In this document: positions 17,336 through 28,056 of the stretch, piece by piece | Layout: the number at the start of each line of letters is the position of its first letter | How positions within the stretch are numbered: position 1 is the first letter of the stretch | Position numbers and translations under genes: made by a program | From: a virus | Reading direction: 5' to 3' (one strand) | Length of the DNA stretch: 64,000 nt | Virus record (IMG/VR): IMGVR_UViG_3300042306_000227 | Span: 1 to 64,000 of that record | The notes under the pieces: model-generated | Databases searched by the model: none | Told to the model about the DNA's origin: nothing | Seen by the model: the letters and a program-made list of their open reading frames with translations, nothing else

Positions 17336-18685
17336 ATGGCTATTAATCAACCAGCTGGTGTACAGCTAACAAATGGCGTAGGTCGCCAGTTTGTAAGTGA
17401 CTTGTCACTTTTGAAGCCTCAATATTTTGAAAAATTTGTTGAGAAGTATGGCAACCAAAACTACACTCAATTATTAGAGATGGTAGGTTTGAAAGCAGTA
17501 GTTCCTTCTCGTGAATTTTTCCACTTTGAGTCTTACGGTAAATTGCATTCTTCTGCAAAGATTACTGCATCTACCACTACTTCTGTTACTAACACAGGAG
17601 TAACTGTAACTTTAACTGCAGGTTCTCACTACAACAGTGGTGCTCAATCTCCTATTCGTGTAGGTGAGGTTGTTGAAGCTGCTAGCTCTGGAGTTCAGTA
17701 CAAAATTACAGCAGTAAACAAAGGTACTTCAGGTGCACACACTGCAACTATCGTTCCTTTAAAGAATGCAAGTTCTACTTTGGCTGCAGGTGAAGTTTTA
17801 TTGTTCCGTGGTGTTACAGAAGCTGGTGAAGCATCTGATGCTGCAGATACAATTGCAAACTTAACTGAGAAGAAGCTTTTCACAACAACTGAAATTCGTG
17901 AAGATTTCAAAATCACTGACCGTGCTAAGATTGAAGAAATTTACTTGGATTTCCCAGGTGGTTCTTTCTACACTTACAAAGGTTTAGATGAGGCTGTAAG
18001 ACGTTTCATGAATAACAAAGAGTTCAAGTTAATCTTCGGTTCTGATGCTAATAACATCGCAGGTACTGTAGGTTCTAAAGGTTTAATTCCTCAAATTGAA
18101 GCTGATGGCCAAACTTATCAATATGATACAGTTGGTAACACTGCAGGTTTCGGTATTGAAGATTTCCATAACTTAGTTCGTCAGATTGATTTCAATGGTG
18201 GTGCTCAAGAATACCATTTCTTAATGGATTCTTACTTGAGAACTGCAGTTGATGATTCTTTATTTGCTAAGTATACTAATGGTGCTATCCAATGGGCTTC
18301 TGTTGGTGGTTCTCAGGATGTAGCTATCAAATACGGTTTTGATTCAATCAAGATTGATGGTGTTACTTTCCACTTGAAGAAATACTTACCATTCAACGCA
18401 GAAGCTGTTTACGGACAAGCTTTAGCTAACAATGCTAACAAGTATGACTTCTTCGGTGCGTTAATTCCAATGAAAGATGGTCGTGATGCTCAAACTGGTG
18501 ACAAAATCCCTGCTTTACGTGTAGTATGCAATGAGGTTGAAGCTGGTAAAGAAATCAAGGTTTGGGAAACTGGTGCTTTGGCTAAGGTTCCTACATCTAG
18601 CAAAATGGAGTTAAATGTACACCACATGGGTTATTGCGGATTACAAATGTTCGCAGCTAACCAATTCTTAGTAGTTAAGAAGTAG
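17336..18685 (+). CDS. major capsid protein
   Basis: 449 aa, strongly biased high-expression codons, own promoter and terminator, position after the scaffold. Confidence 0.85.
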   Translation: MAINQPAGVQLTNGVGRQFVSDLSLLKPQYFEKFVEKYGNQNYTQLLEMVGLKAVVPSREFFHFESYGKLHSSAKITASTTTSVTNTGVTVTLTAGSHYNSGAQSPIRVGEVVEAASSGVQYKITAVNKGTSGAHTATIVPLKNASSTLAAGEVLLFRGVTEAGEASDAADTIANLTEKKLFTTTEIREDFKITDRAKIEEIYLDFPGGSFYTYKGLDEAVRRFMNNKEFKLIFGSDANNIAGTVGSKGLIPQIEADGQTYQYDTVGNTAGFGIEDFHNLVRQIDFNGGAQEYHFLMDSYLRTAVDDSLFAKYTNGAIQWASVGGSQDVAIKYGFDSIKIDGVTFHLKKYLPFNAEAVYGQALANNANKYDFFGALIPMKDGRDAQTGDKIPALRVVCNEVEAGKEIKVWETGALAKVPTSSKMELNVHHMGYCGLQMFAANQFLVVKK

Positions 18686-18715
18686 TAGTGTTATAGTTTT
18701 AAATCCCAATGTAAG

Positions 18716-18744
18716 GCCCTCCAGTTCTCTGGGGGGCTTTTTTT
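18716..18744 (+). terminator. intrinsic terminator
   Basis: GCCCTCCAG-TTCT-CTGGGGGGC followed by T7. Confidence 0.85.
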
Positions 18745-18813
18745 ATTTGGTAGATTGATTACTGGGGGTTATTTTTGTTATGCTTAGGTTTTCACTTTCA
18801 TTTAAATTGTCCA

Positions 18814-18840
18814 CGAGCCCTGTTTCTACAGGGCTTTTTT
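18814..18840 (+). terminator. intrinsic terminator (identical copy at 50098)
   Basis: CGAGCCCTGTTTCTACAGGGCTTTTTT. Confidence 0.8.
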
Positions 18841-18876
18841 AATTAAAATACCTATCTTTGCCTAAAAGGATAAAAC

Positions 18877-19803
18877 ATGGCACTATCAAAAACCAAAAAG
18901 GTTTTGGATGAGAATGGCGATATTATTGACCAATCTGAACCAACAACCGAACAGGCTTTATCTGCAGTCGCAGTAGAAGAAGCCCCAATCGTAAAGAAAA
19001 AAGAAGTAAAAAAGGAAGAACCTAAGACTTATGTTTTTAGGTTAATTACAAACGCCTCTCCAAGTGACAAGCGTCAATTTCCTCCTCGTTTCATGGTAGC
19101 AAACACAGATATTGTGTACGACAGTGAAACTGGTATGAAAAGAGCTGTAAGATACTTGCCTGGCGTAAACACATTATGGGCTGATGAGCAAGACTCTTTG
19201 CCTGAGAATGTTGTAAACAAAAGGCCTAATATCGGATTTATGGATGGATACATGTATGTACCATCTTCTGATACTATGCTTGTTAAGTTCTTGACTATTA
19301 GCAATAGATGCATTAATAACGAGAACAGAGACGAAAATGTTCAACCAACTTACGAGTTGATGAACTTTGAGGCTATGAGCAAGAAGAAAATAGAATCAGT
19401 TAAAACTAAGCATGAGGCTATGAAAGTAGCGCTTTCTGCATCTGATGAAACAATGATGGAGCATGCTGAATACTTAGGTATTACAAGTATTAATGCTCAG
19501 GGTATTGAAAAGGATGAAGATGAGATTCGTGTAGAATACGTAGCTGTAGCTGAAAATAAGCCAGATGTATTTTTGAAATCATACAATAATCCTACAACAA
19601 AAGCGTTTGCATTGATTAAGAGAGCTTTTGCTATCGGTAAAATCACAGAGTCTATTGTTTTAGGTCAGGTTCATTGGGCTGAGACTCGTTCTCTAATAGC
19701 TACAATACCTTCTGGAATTAGCACAATTGACCATTTGGTTAAGTTCTGTTTCAAGGAAGGGGATGGACAAAGATTCTACGATAGACTAAAGTCTGAAAAA
19801 TAG
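18877..19803 (+). CDS. conserved post-capsid protein, function unknown
   Basis: 308 aa with its own promoter (18853-18860) and terminator. Confidence 0.7.
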   Translation: MALSKTKKVLDENGDIIDQSEPTTEQALSAVAVEEAPIVKKKEVKKEEPKTYVFRLITNASPSDKRQFPPRFMVANTDIVYDSETGMKRAVRYLPGVNTLWADEQDSLPENVVNKRPNIGFMDGYMYVPSSDTMLVKFLTISNRCINNENRDENVQPTYELMNFEAMSKKKIESVKTKHEAMKVALSASDETMMEHAEYLGITSINAQGIEKDEDEIRVEYVAVAENKPDVFLKSYNNPTTKAFALIKRAFAIGKITESIVLGQVHWAETRSLIATIPSGISTIDHLVKFCFKEGDGQRFYDRLKSEK

Positions 19804-19832
19804 TTTCTTAGGTTTTGTTAGTAAATATTAAG

Positions 19833-19858
19833 GAGGTGCTGTAATTAGCACCTCTTTT
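19833..19858 (+). terminator. intrinsic terminator
   Basis: GAGGTGCT-N6-AGCACCTC-TTTT. Confidence 0.75.
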
Positions 19859-19884
19859 ATTTAAAATGCGTAATTTTGTAACAA

Positions 19885-20520
19885 ATGGCTACAACTCAAC
19901 AATTATACGACAGCGCCCAGTTCTTGATTAACAAGTACGATGGGTCATTCATGGACAATCAGGAGTTCTTACAGGCATACAATATGGCTGCTTTAGACTA
20001 CTACAATTTCCTAACAGATAAGGCATTTGCTCAAATGAGTCAGATGGGTATCTACAATACTCCTACGAACTCTGATTATTATATAACTGAAGCCTTGTCT
20101 CCATTTGTGATTGACGAACTATCTTTAGCTTCTCCTTATGCTAAACCAGCAAATTTTGGGAGAATAATATACTTAAGAGTTGCTTATAGTTCTGGAACTC
20201 AAGCAGCTTCAGTATTTGCGCAAAGAATTGATTTAACTGAGCTTGATAGCAAGTTAAACTCATCTATAGACACGCCTATTGTAACAGAACCTATCTTTAC
20301 AGAGACAACTAATAACTTTAAGATATACCCAGCAGGGCAAACTGGTGTTTGGTTAAGCTATTACAAGAGACCAGCTGTTTATACTACGGTTGACTCTACA
20401 GCAGTAGAGTGGAACGATACAGAAGTAAATCAAGTATTATTTAGAACTATAGGATACTTAGGAATTAATTTAAAAGACCCTAGTATCATACAATTCGGAA
20501 ACATTAAAAAGAATGATTAA
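19885..20520 (+). CDS. tail ring / head-tail adaptor-like protein 1
   Basis: 'FKIYPAG...LSYYKRP' adaptor-like motif; first of three ~200-aa genes before the tail stabilisation protein. Confidence 0.6.
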   Translation: MATTQQLYDSAQFLINKYDGSFMDNQEFLQAYNMAALDYYNFLTDKAFAQMSQMGIYNTPTNSDYYITEALSPFVIDELSLASPYAKPANFGRIIYLRVAYSSGTQAASVFAQRIDLTELDSKLNSSIDTPIVTEPIFTETTNNFKIYPAGQTGVWLSYYKRPAVYTTVDSTAVEWNDTEVNQVLFRTIGYLGINLKDPSIIQFGNIKKND

Positions 20521-21110
20521 TGACAAGGAATCAGGCGATAGAGTTAATTAAAAGAACGCACTACGGTGGGCTTGTTCCTGTTGACGCATCTCACTCAGAC
20601 AGAGAAGTTAATCTTATGTTAAACATTGGTATTTCTGTGGCTGCTATTCGTAACTACAGAGAAAGCGTAAATGTAAGCAATGAAGAGTTTATTGGAGATG
20701 CATTTTATGTTACATTAAGCAATTTAGCTATTGATTCTAATAACGAAGTTGAAACAAGCTATACTCCAATTGGATTAAGCGTTGGTATGGTTATCTCTGG
20801 TTTATCTGTATCTGGTTTAGAAAAACAGCCTATACCAATTGAAGGAAAAGATGTGTTCTTATGGGATGAACTTCCTATGGAGAAAGGTAGAGCTGGGTAT
20901 CACATTAACGGAAGTAAGATTAAGTTCTTGTCAAAAATACCACTAACATCAAAAACTGTTAGCGTAAGAATGGCTGGTGTGCCAGATACAAATGATTTAA
21001 ACAGCGAGTTGAATATACCTTCAGACCAATTATCAGTTGCAATGGAGTATGTAATTAGCTTACTAGATAAAAGAAGACAAGAAGATATTGCATCAAGAAC
21101 AGCAAAATAA
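20520..21110 (+). CDS. tail ring-like protein 2
   Basis: Size, position and C-terminal 'LNIPSDQL' pattern. Confidence 0.5.
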   Translation: MTRNQAIELIKRTHYGGLVPVDASHSDREVNLMLNIGISVAAIRNYRESVNVSNEEFIGDAFYVTLSNLAIDSNNEVETSYTPIGLSVGMVISGLSVSGLEKQPIPIEGKDVFLWDELPMEKGRAGYHINGSKIKFLSKIPLTSKTVSVRMAGVPDTNDLNSELNIPSDQLSVAMEYVISLLDKRRQEDIASRTAK

Positions 21111-21116
21111 TAGAAA

Positions 21117-21851
21117 ATGAAATTATCTAAAATAATATACGAATACATAAACCAAGCTGGGCATACAAATGCTCACTACAGAAGGCTTTATAGTATCGGT
21201 GTTCGTGGAGTTAAAGAAGCTGAACTTGATGTGCTTGGTGATGCTAAAGTTACAAGAGTATCTGTATTGCCTAATAAAACAGCTAAGTTACCAGATGACT
21301 GTCTTAATGTGCTTAACATAGGCGTAGAGAATGGTCTTGGTCAATTAGCTGTTCTAAAGAAAGACCCAACAATGACTGGGTATAGAAAAGAAAGTGATTT
21401 AAGATTAGAACAAGACTTTGGTAAAGTAGCGGTTGATACGACTAGAATAAGAGACTTTGCATATATCAATGCAATGGAAGGTTCTGCATCTTATAAGGCT
21501 TTTGGCGCTTATGATAAAACTAGCTTTGTTGGTTCTTATAAAATAGAAGACGGATTTATTATATTGAATCCAGAGTTTGGATATGACTACTTATTAGTAG
21601 AAGGTATTATGTCTGTTGACGAAACAGATGTAGATGTAGAACCGATTGCAGAAGAGACTATTATTGCTTATCTTGCATGGAAGGATGCGCAATATATGCC
21701 TACAGGAAGAAAGATGAATTTATCAGAGAAGGCTATGAGAAAAACTGAGTTTTATAATCAAAAGAGATTATTAAAGGCTAGAGTTATGAAAGTATTGCCA
21801 TCTGATGCGAGAAGCGTTACATTTGACAGCGAAAAGCTTATAGTAAAATAA
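21117..21851 (+). CDS. tail ring-like protein 3
   Basis: 'AKLPDDCL', 'AEETIIAYLAW'; position in the tail module. Confidence 0.55.
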   Translation: MKLSKIIYEYINQAGHTNAHYRRLYSIGVRGVKEAELDVLGDAKVTRVSVLPNKTAKLPDDCLNVLNIGVENGLGQLAVLKKDPTMTGYRKESDLRLEQDFGKVAVDTTRIRDFAYINAMEGSASYKAFGAYDKTSFVGSYKIEDGFIILNPEFGYDYLLVEGIMSVDETDVDVEPIAEETIIAYLAWKDAQYMPTGRKMNLSEKAMRKTEFYNQKRLLKARVMKVLPSDARSVTFDSEKLIVK

Positions 21852-21852
21852 T

Positions 21853-24800
21853 ATGGCTCAATTTCAACAGACTAAGGTTATAGAAGGAGGCTTGAACTCC
21901 GATTTAGATAAGGTAGAATTTTTACCGTCAGGTGATTTTATTGATGCTAAAAACATCACCACACATGGTGGAATAAATAATATTATTGGTAATAGTCAAA
22001 TCCAATTAAAGGATACAGATGGTACCACAAACTTTACCTTAACTACATCTCACACAATTGTAGGTTCTGTTCTTAACTCTTTAAGAGATTCTGTTCTATA
22101 CCTTATTGCACATGCTACAGGCAACCATTTATTGGTTGAGTACAAGCAACAGACCAATACGGCTAAGATATTAGTAAAATGTGGAACTGGTGGCAATGCT
22201 GAGTCTGGTGCACTTAACTTATCAGAATCAGTTCAAAGCCATAATGTTAGAATTATAAATAGAGCAGATACAGCCGAAGAGGGGGACTTATTATTCTGGT
22301 TGGATAAAGATTACATTCCAAGAAAGATAAACCTTAGAAAGGCTTCTAATGGAGGATATGGTGCAACTATACCTGCGGAATATACAACCGTTATTAAAAA
22401 AGCACCTTTATACGCTCCTTTGAGTGTAAATTTAATAAAGTCTACTACTGGAAGTCTAAATACTCAAAGTAAGATTTATCAGTTTGCATATAGATATATT
22501 TACGATGACTATGAAAAGTCTGTATTTTCTCCTATATCAAACGCACTGATTCCTTATTATATTTTTAATGAAACAAATATTATACCTACAGATAATGCAA
22601 CTGCATACAATTCTGTGTCTATGGTATTAAAGTCTGGAGCTGGAAATGTTAAAAATATTGAAATTATATACAGAGAATTTTCTGATGGCATATGGAGCAA
22701 CTTCTATAGTATAGACACTATAGCATCTAGCACAGGTGATATTACATACGTATTTACTGGAACTGGTCAAAAGATTCCATTAGATAATTCAGAGGCCCCA
22801 GATGTACTTCAATTTGACTATGTTCCAAATACTGCAAGAGCTCAAGAAATTGTAAATGGTAATGTTATAGCTTATGGAAACTTTACAGAAGGATATGATA
22901 AGACTGCTATTAATGGCACGGCTGCATTGTATTCGGATACTTACCTTGGTACAAACTCAATGTTTTCAACTGGGGTTGTATTAAACAAGGCTTCAAATAT
23001 GTTCTTAAGCCCAGGTGGCAAGTATAAAATTGGAGTTGTTTACATGGATGAATATGGTAGAAATGCTGGTGTATTTACAAAACCAGAGTTTATTGTAGAT
23101 GTGCCACACGAGCAATGGGATTTAGGGGCTGGTAATAATGTTAGAAAAACACATCTTCCATCTCTTGCAATTTCAACAGCTGCACCATCTTGGGCTAAGT
23201 TTTTTAGACTTGCTATTACAGATGATAATAACTACGAATCTGAAATAATAACAGATATAATTGATTTTAAGTACGCTTCAGTGTCTTCTACAGCTGGAGA
23301 GACTTGTTCTTTATCAAATATAACATTCCCTGCTGCTCCAAATAGCGGCCCAGATAGTTCTTTAATAACCTACTTACCTTATAGCGGAAGTAATACATTG
23401 AAATTAACTTACAATAATTGTGATACAAATGCTTCTACTACATTGTATTATCCAAATAGCAGTACATCATTTGTAGCAAGATATAGAAATAAATTAATCT
23501 CAGACCCTACTAGATTCTTGTTTGAATATAAAAAGATAGCTGCTGCTGTTCTAGGAACTCATTATACAGTAACAGTTAATTCAGCTGGGAGTGGTGGTGG
23601 AACGATACCAGCAACAGATTTTCAGTATGTAACCGCTTCTGGCCAAACTGCAACAATTAGATATGTAGGTACTACAGTTGTTTCTAATATTAGTTTTAAT
23701 ATAGCATTTAATACAGCATTTGGAAGAGTACCATCAACTGGGAATTTTACATACACAATAGCAGGCCCATTATCACAAAATGATACTTTTACAGTGACAA
23801 TGTATGCATCTAGTGCAACTGTAACTGGAGCATTTTTCTTTACTTCATCTTATGGTGCAACACAACCTAATATTACAATAACAAATAGTACAACATCTGA
23901 TTTATTTGCTTATGTAAATAGTACTAAATATACTATTGCTGGAAGCGGAACACTAACAACTGATGTGCCTTCAGGTTATACTGTAAGCGCATTTAGATAT
24001 AATACAGTAACTGGTTCTGCTACTAATGCAGACATTACAGTATCTGTTTCTGACTCAGGGATACTTCCTGGTTCTGGTGCAATTATACCAAAGCAATTAA
24101 TAGCTAGGGTGTCAAATATGGGTTATACTTTTGAAAATGGTGATTATGTATCTTTTGTATACGATTACTATAAGGATAAACAAACAAGTGGTCAATACTT
24201 AGGCAAAGGTGTAAACAACAGCGTGTTTAGAATTATAGACCAATTACTAGACCCAGATTTTATTGAATCTAATGGTACGACTTCTACATTAGAAGGCTCT
24301 TGGATACAATTAGAAGAAACAGCTAAATCGTTTTTAGATACAAGTGGTGATACATCTGGTACACCTCAAATTATAGGTTTAAAGGCTAGGATATTAAGAC
24401 AAAAGAAAACATCTTCAATAAGCGCAGGTGGTGATGTATTCTATGAAATACCATTAACTTACGCAACAGCTGCATACACATTGGATTCAGTTATACAAAT
24501 GGATTCAGCAGGGGATTGTGTATACAAGTCTGATTATGTTATATTAGAAGGGGAGGGAGCAGCTGGTTCTGCTACTGAAGTTGGAGGAAAGAATGATACC
24601 GTTCAAAGGGTATTCTATAGTTCAGTCCCTACTAAAAGTTATTTAATATCACAAGATAAGGGCTCGCCTTTATTCTTAGCTAAGATTAATAAACATGGAA
24701 GGCCATCTATAGAAGATAGACAAGCTAGACAAAGAACATTCCCTGGAACTATTAGATGGTCTCAGAACTTAGAATTTAATAGTAACATTAATGGTCTTAA

Positions 24801-25746
24801 TAGATTCTTATACTTAGACTTTAAAGATTTAGATGCTTCATTTGGTGCTATCAAAAGGTTATCTGTAAGAGACAGAATGCTGAGAGTGTACCAAGAAGAC
24901 AAAGTGGGTATGTTACCTGTGTATCAGTCAATCATAACTAATGCTAGTGGTGGTACAGACTTAACACTATCTACTGAGCTATTTAATAATGTTCAATACT
25001 ACTCTGGTAACTACTCAATAGGTAATGCCACAGGAAGCCTTATTTCAGACTCATATGCGGACTATTTCGTAGATGACATAAGAAAGGCTATCTGTAGACT
25101 TGGACAGGAAGGAATCACTCCTATTACGGTTACAAACAATATGAATAAGTGGGCTACATCAAATATTAAAGATGATGCAACTTATACTGCTGGTTATGAT
25201 GCTGAAAATAGATTAGCTATCTTCTCTTCTGTAAAAGGTGCTGATACATTTACAATAGCTTTCTCAGAAAGGAAAGACAGATTTGAATCATTCTATACAT
25301 ACTATCCAAAGTCAATCATATCTCTAAACAATAAGTTGATTACAACAAATGATAGAGGTGGATTCTGGATTCATTCTAGTGCTGTTCCAAGATGTAATTT
25401 CTATGGCACACAGCAAAACACAAGCATAAGAATTGTGTTGAATGAGAGTCCTATGACCAAAAAAATATTTATGACTATGACTCAGATAGGTAACTATCAT
25501 TGGAACGCTAGCTTAGTAAGAGGCTCTGCAAACACAGTTGACTCATCTATCCCATCGTCTTTCTTTAGAAAGCAGGAAGGATTTTATAACGCTCCTTTCT
25601 TAAGAGATGGAGGAATTGCAACACCAACAGTAGGCAGACCAATACGTGGTAATTCATGTGTAGTAGAATTAACTTCTCCGACACCTAGTAATTACGTAAC
25701 TTTGCTTATGTTAAAATACACATATAACGAATCTAAAATAAATTAA
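21853..25746 (+). CDS. tail stabilisation / muzzle protein (P22 gp10-like, crAss-type)
   Basis: 'GGLNSD...LPSGDFIDAKN', 'FAYRYIYDDYEKSVFSP', 'NVIAYGNF', 'GVVYMDEYGR', 'YFVDDIRKAICRL'. Confidence 0.75.
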   Translation: MAQFQQTKVIEGGLNSDLDKVEFLPSGDFIDAKNITTHGGINNIIGNSQIQLKDTDGTTNFTLTTSHTIVGSVLNSLRDSVLYLIAHATGNHLLVEYKQQTNTAKILVKCGTGGNAESGALNLSESVQSHNVRIINRADTAEEGDLLFWLDKDYIPRKINLRKASNGGYGATIPAEYTTVIKKAPLYAPLSVNLIKSTTGSLNTQSKIYQFAYRYIYDDYEKSVFSPISNALIPYYIFNETNIIPTDNATAYNSVSMVLKSGAGNVKNIEIIYREFSDGIWSNFYSIDTIASSTGDITYVFTGTGQKIPLDNSEAPDVLQFDYVPNTARAQEIVNGNVIAYGNFTEGYDKTAINGTAALYSDTYLGTNSMFSTGVVLNKASNMFLSPGGKYKIGVVYMDEYGRNAGVFTKPEFIVDVPHEQWDLGAGNNVRKTHLPSLAISTAAPSWAKFFRLAITDDNNYESEIITDIIDFKYASVSSTAGETCSLSNITFPAAPNSGPDSSLITYLPYSGSNTLKLTYNNCDTNASTTLYYPNSSTSFVARYRNKLISDPTRFLFEYKKIAAAVLGTHYTVTVNSAGSGGGTIPATDFQYVTASGQTATIRYVGTTVVSNISFNIAFNTAFGRVPSTGNFTYTIAGPLSQNDTFTVTMYASSATVTGAFFFTSSYGATQPNITITNSTTSDLFAYVNSTKYTIAGSGTLTTDVPSGYTVSAFRYNTVTGSATNADITVSVSDSGILPGSGAIIPKQLIARVSNMGYTFENGDYVSFVYDYYKDKQTSGQYLGKGVNNSVFRIIDQLLDPDFIESNGTTSTLEGSWIQLEETAKSFLDTSGDTSGTPQIIGLKARILRQKKTSSISAGGDVFYEIPLTYATAAYTLDSVIQMDSAGDCVYKSDYVILEGEGAAGSATEVGGKNDTVQRVFYSSVPTKSYLISQDKGSPLFLAKINKHGRPSIEDRQARQRTFPGTIRWSQNLEFNSNINGLNRFLYLDFKDLDASFGAIKRLSVRDRMLRVYQEDKVGMLPVYQSIITNASGGTDLTLSTELFNNVQYYSGNYSIGNATGSLISDSYADYFVDDIRKAICRLGQEGITPITVTNNMNKWATSNIKDDATYTAGYDAENRLAIFSSVKGADTFTIAFSERKDRFESFYTYYPKSIISLNNKLITTNDRGGFWIHSSAVPRCNFYGTQQNTSIRIVLNESPMTKKIFMTMTQIGNYHWNASLVRGSANTVDSSIPSSFFRKQEGFYNAPFLRDGGIATPTVGRPIRGNSCVVELTSPTPSNYVTLLMLKYTYNESKIN

Positions 25747-25747
25747 C

Positions 25748-26728
25748 ATGATTGGTCAATTAATAGGTGCTGGCTTAAGCGCAATAGGTGGTATAGCTGG
25801 AGTAATAGGAGGCGGTAAAGCTGCTAAAAGAGCTAAGGCAGAAATGGATAGACTTGGGTCTATGGAGCCACAGGCTGAAACTGATGCGTTCTATGCCCAA
25901 AACGTAGCTGCTGCTGGACAAGCTGGACAAGAGCAAATGAAATATGCAAACCAATTGGCTGGTATGGGTACTGCTTTTTCTAAAGATATAGCAGCTCAAC
26001 AATCTCAATTTGGTCAACAATATCAAGCAGGTGCAGAAAAAGCTGCAAGAGGAACAGAAAGATTGGGCCAAATGGCATTCCAAAGAGGACTAGGGGCGGC
26101 TGGTGTAATGGGGATGGATGCGCTTGCGCAAACAGGTGCTACAGCAATGAGAAGTGCTTCTGATAGAAGAATGGGAGCTGGCATGGCAGGAGCATTAGCA
26201 AGAAATCAAATGCAAGGAATTAATCAATTAGTTGGTCAAGGATATCAAGCTCAAACTCAAGGATTAGGAGCTTTAATGAGTTCTCAGCAAGCGGCAGCTA
26301 ATATGAGACAACAAGCACTTGGAACTGTTTATCAAACAGGACTTCAAGCTAAGCAATTAGGATTTGGAGCAGAAACTGCTGGTGTTCAAGGTCAACAACA
26401 AGCTGGTCTTACTGGATTCCAATTAGGCTCTCAAGCTGGATTGCAAATGGCTGGAGCAAACGAAAGAACAAACCAAGCAAAATGGGAATCATGGGCTAAT
26501 AAATACCAAGGAGCAAGAGGAGACTTAGCAGCAGCAAACGCACAAAAATCTGCTGGGTGGGGAGCAATAGCAGGTGCAGCTGGTTCTGCATTAGGAAGTG
26601 GGATATTAGGTGGGTTAGGAGGAGCTGCAAAATCGGCTTCATCTGCTGCATCTGGATTAAACTTAAATAGCTTTGCAAGCGGACAGAATCCTGCTGCATT
26701 CGGTACTAACTTTATGAAATTCAAATAA
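25748..26728 (+). CDS. DNA ejection / pilot-like protein
   Basis: Gly/Ala/Gln-rich with a hydrophobic glycine-zipper N-terminus. Confidence 0.6.
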   Translation: MIGQLIGAGLSAIGGIAGVIGGGKAAKRAKAEMDRLGSMEPQAETDAFYAQNVAAAGQAGQEQMKYANQLAGMGTAFSKDIAAQQSQFGQQYQAGAEKAARGTERLGQMAFQRGLGAAGVMGMDALAQTGATAMRSASDRRMGAGMAGALARNQMQGINQLVGQGYQAQTQGLGALMSSQQAAANMRQQALGTVYQTGLQAKQLGFGAETAGVQGQQQAGLTGFQLGSQAGLQMAGANERTNQAKWESWANKYQGARGDLAAANAQKSAGWGAIAGAAGSALGSGILGGLGGAAKSASSAASGLNLNSFASGQNPAAFGTNFMKFK

Positions 26729-26729
26729 T

Positions 26730-28013
26730 ATGAGTAGAAGACTTGAAAATATACAAACTGGTTTTGTTGACTATGGCAAAGCAGCAGAAAATCTTAACCA
26801 AAACTTTTTGCAGGCTACTAAAATACGATTTGAAGAAGATGATAGGCAAAGACGTATTCAGCAAGAAGAAGACGCTAGATTAGCTTCTGGTGCACAGTTG
26901 TATGCAGGATGGATGGATGAGGTTGATAAGATGGAAAATGGGCTAGATGAAACTTCTAGACTAAAGCTTGTAGAAAGATTTAATGAAGTAAAGTCAGGAT
27001 ATAGAGGTTTGCAAGAGGCTATTAGCAAAGGAGTTAAGGTTGGTACTCCTCAATACTATGAATTATATAATCAGATTAATACAAAGAAAAAATCAGTACT
27101 AGAACAAATAGGCGTTATTAAGCAAATAAATGAATCTATTGATTCTGTTGTAAAAAATAGAGCTGCTGGATTAATAACAAGACCAGAGGTAGAATCTAGA
27201 ATAAAGACACTAAAGGATTCAGTATTAAATGGAGAATGGAAACCTTCTATGGGCTTGATTACCCCACAGGAGGTAGCAATGAGTTCATATAAGCCAGCTC
27301 AATCTTTATTTAATTCTATATCTAATTCTATTAAACCTAGAGAAATACAAGATGCAGACTATGACTCTAGCGGTAAAAAAATAAAAACAACTACTAGACT
27401 TGTACCAGGTTTAAGTGAGACACTATCTTCTGTTCAAAGCGTATTAGATAATTCAGCTCAAAGAGATATTTTAGATGTGCCTGTTCAGTTAAATGAATGG
27501 AAGTCTAAAAATCCAGAAGAATCAGAAAGATATAAGATATACTTAACTTATATGAATAGTGATGTTGCAAAAACTGACGAGAGGTACAACGATATTGGTA
27601 TAAAAACTCCAGAAGAATTTAATGAGTATGATTACACTTTTATGGAGGTAATAGCTAAAAAGTATAGACCAAATGCAAAAGAAATAGAGCGTATGGCTCC
27701 AAAAGGTTCAGGAAAAGGAAGTATCTCAAAAGAGACTCAAATGAAACTTGATACCATGTTTGATAATATATGGTCTGGAGATGCACAAAAAAGATTAGCA
27801 GAAATACAGAGAGTTACTGGAGCATTACAGACAGTAGGATGGAAGGTGACAATGAATGGTAATGTTATGACAGCAACTAAAGGAGGAAATAAATTAAGTC
27901 CATTTGCTAAGACTGTAACATACAATATAGATTTTTCTCAAAAGAATCCTCAGAATGTATCAGCTACTCAGGCAATGCTAAAAGATTATGGGGCTCAAGT
28001 GCAGGGATTTTAA
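26730..28013 (+). CDS. internal virion / ejection protein
   Basis: 427 aa, helical, located between ejection genes. Confidence 0.55.
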   Translation: MSRRLENIQTGFVDYGKAAENLNQNFLQATKIRFEEDDRQRRIQQEEDARLASGAQLYAGWMDEVDKMENGLDETSRLKLVERFNEVKSGYRGLQEAISKGVKVGTPQYYELYNQINTKKKSVLEQIGVIKQINESIDSVVKNRAAGLITRPEVESRIKTLKDSVLNGEWKPSMGLITPQEVAMSSYKPAQSLFNSISNSIKPREIQDADYDSSGKKIKTTTRLVPGLSETLSSVQSVLDNSAQRDILDVPVQLNEWKSKNPEESERYKIYLTYMNSDVAKTDERYNDIGIKTPEEFNEYDYTFMEVIAKKYRPNAKEIERMAPKGSGKGSISKETQMKLDTMFDNIWSGDAQKRLAEIQRVTGALQTVGWKVTMNGNVMTATKGGNKLSPFAKTVTYNIDFSQKNPQNVSATQAMLKDYGAQVQGF

Positions 28014-28056
28014 AATCATCAAAATAAAAACATAACTTTGCTTATATACCAAGGTT

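Noticed and set aside
18821-18830. TTTCTAC resembling a Cas12a repeat; possible mini-CRISPR array
   Set aside because: Only two distant copies, each the loop of a T-tailed hairpin; there is no repeat-spacer periodicity.
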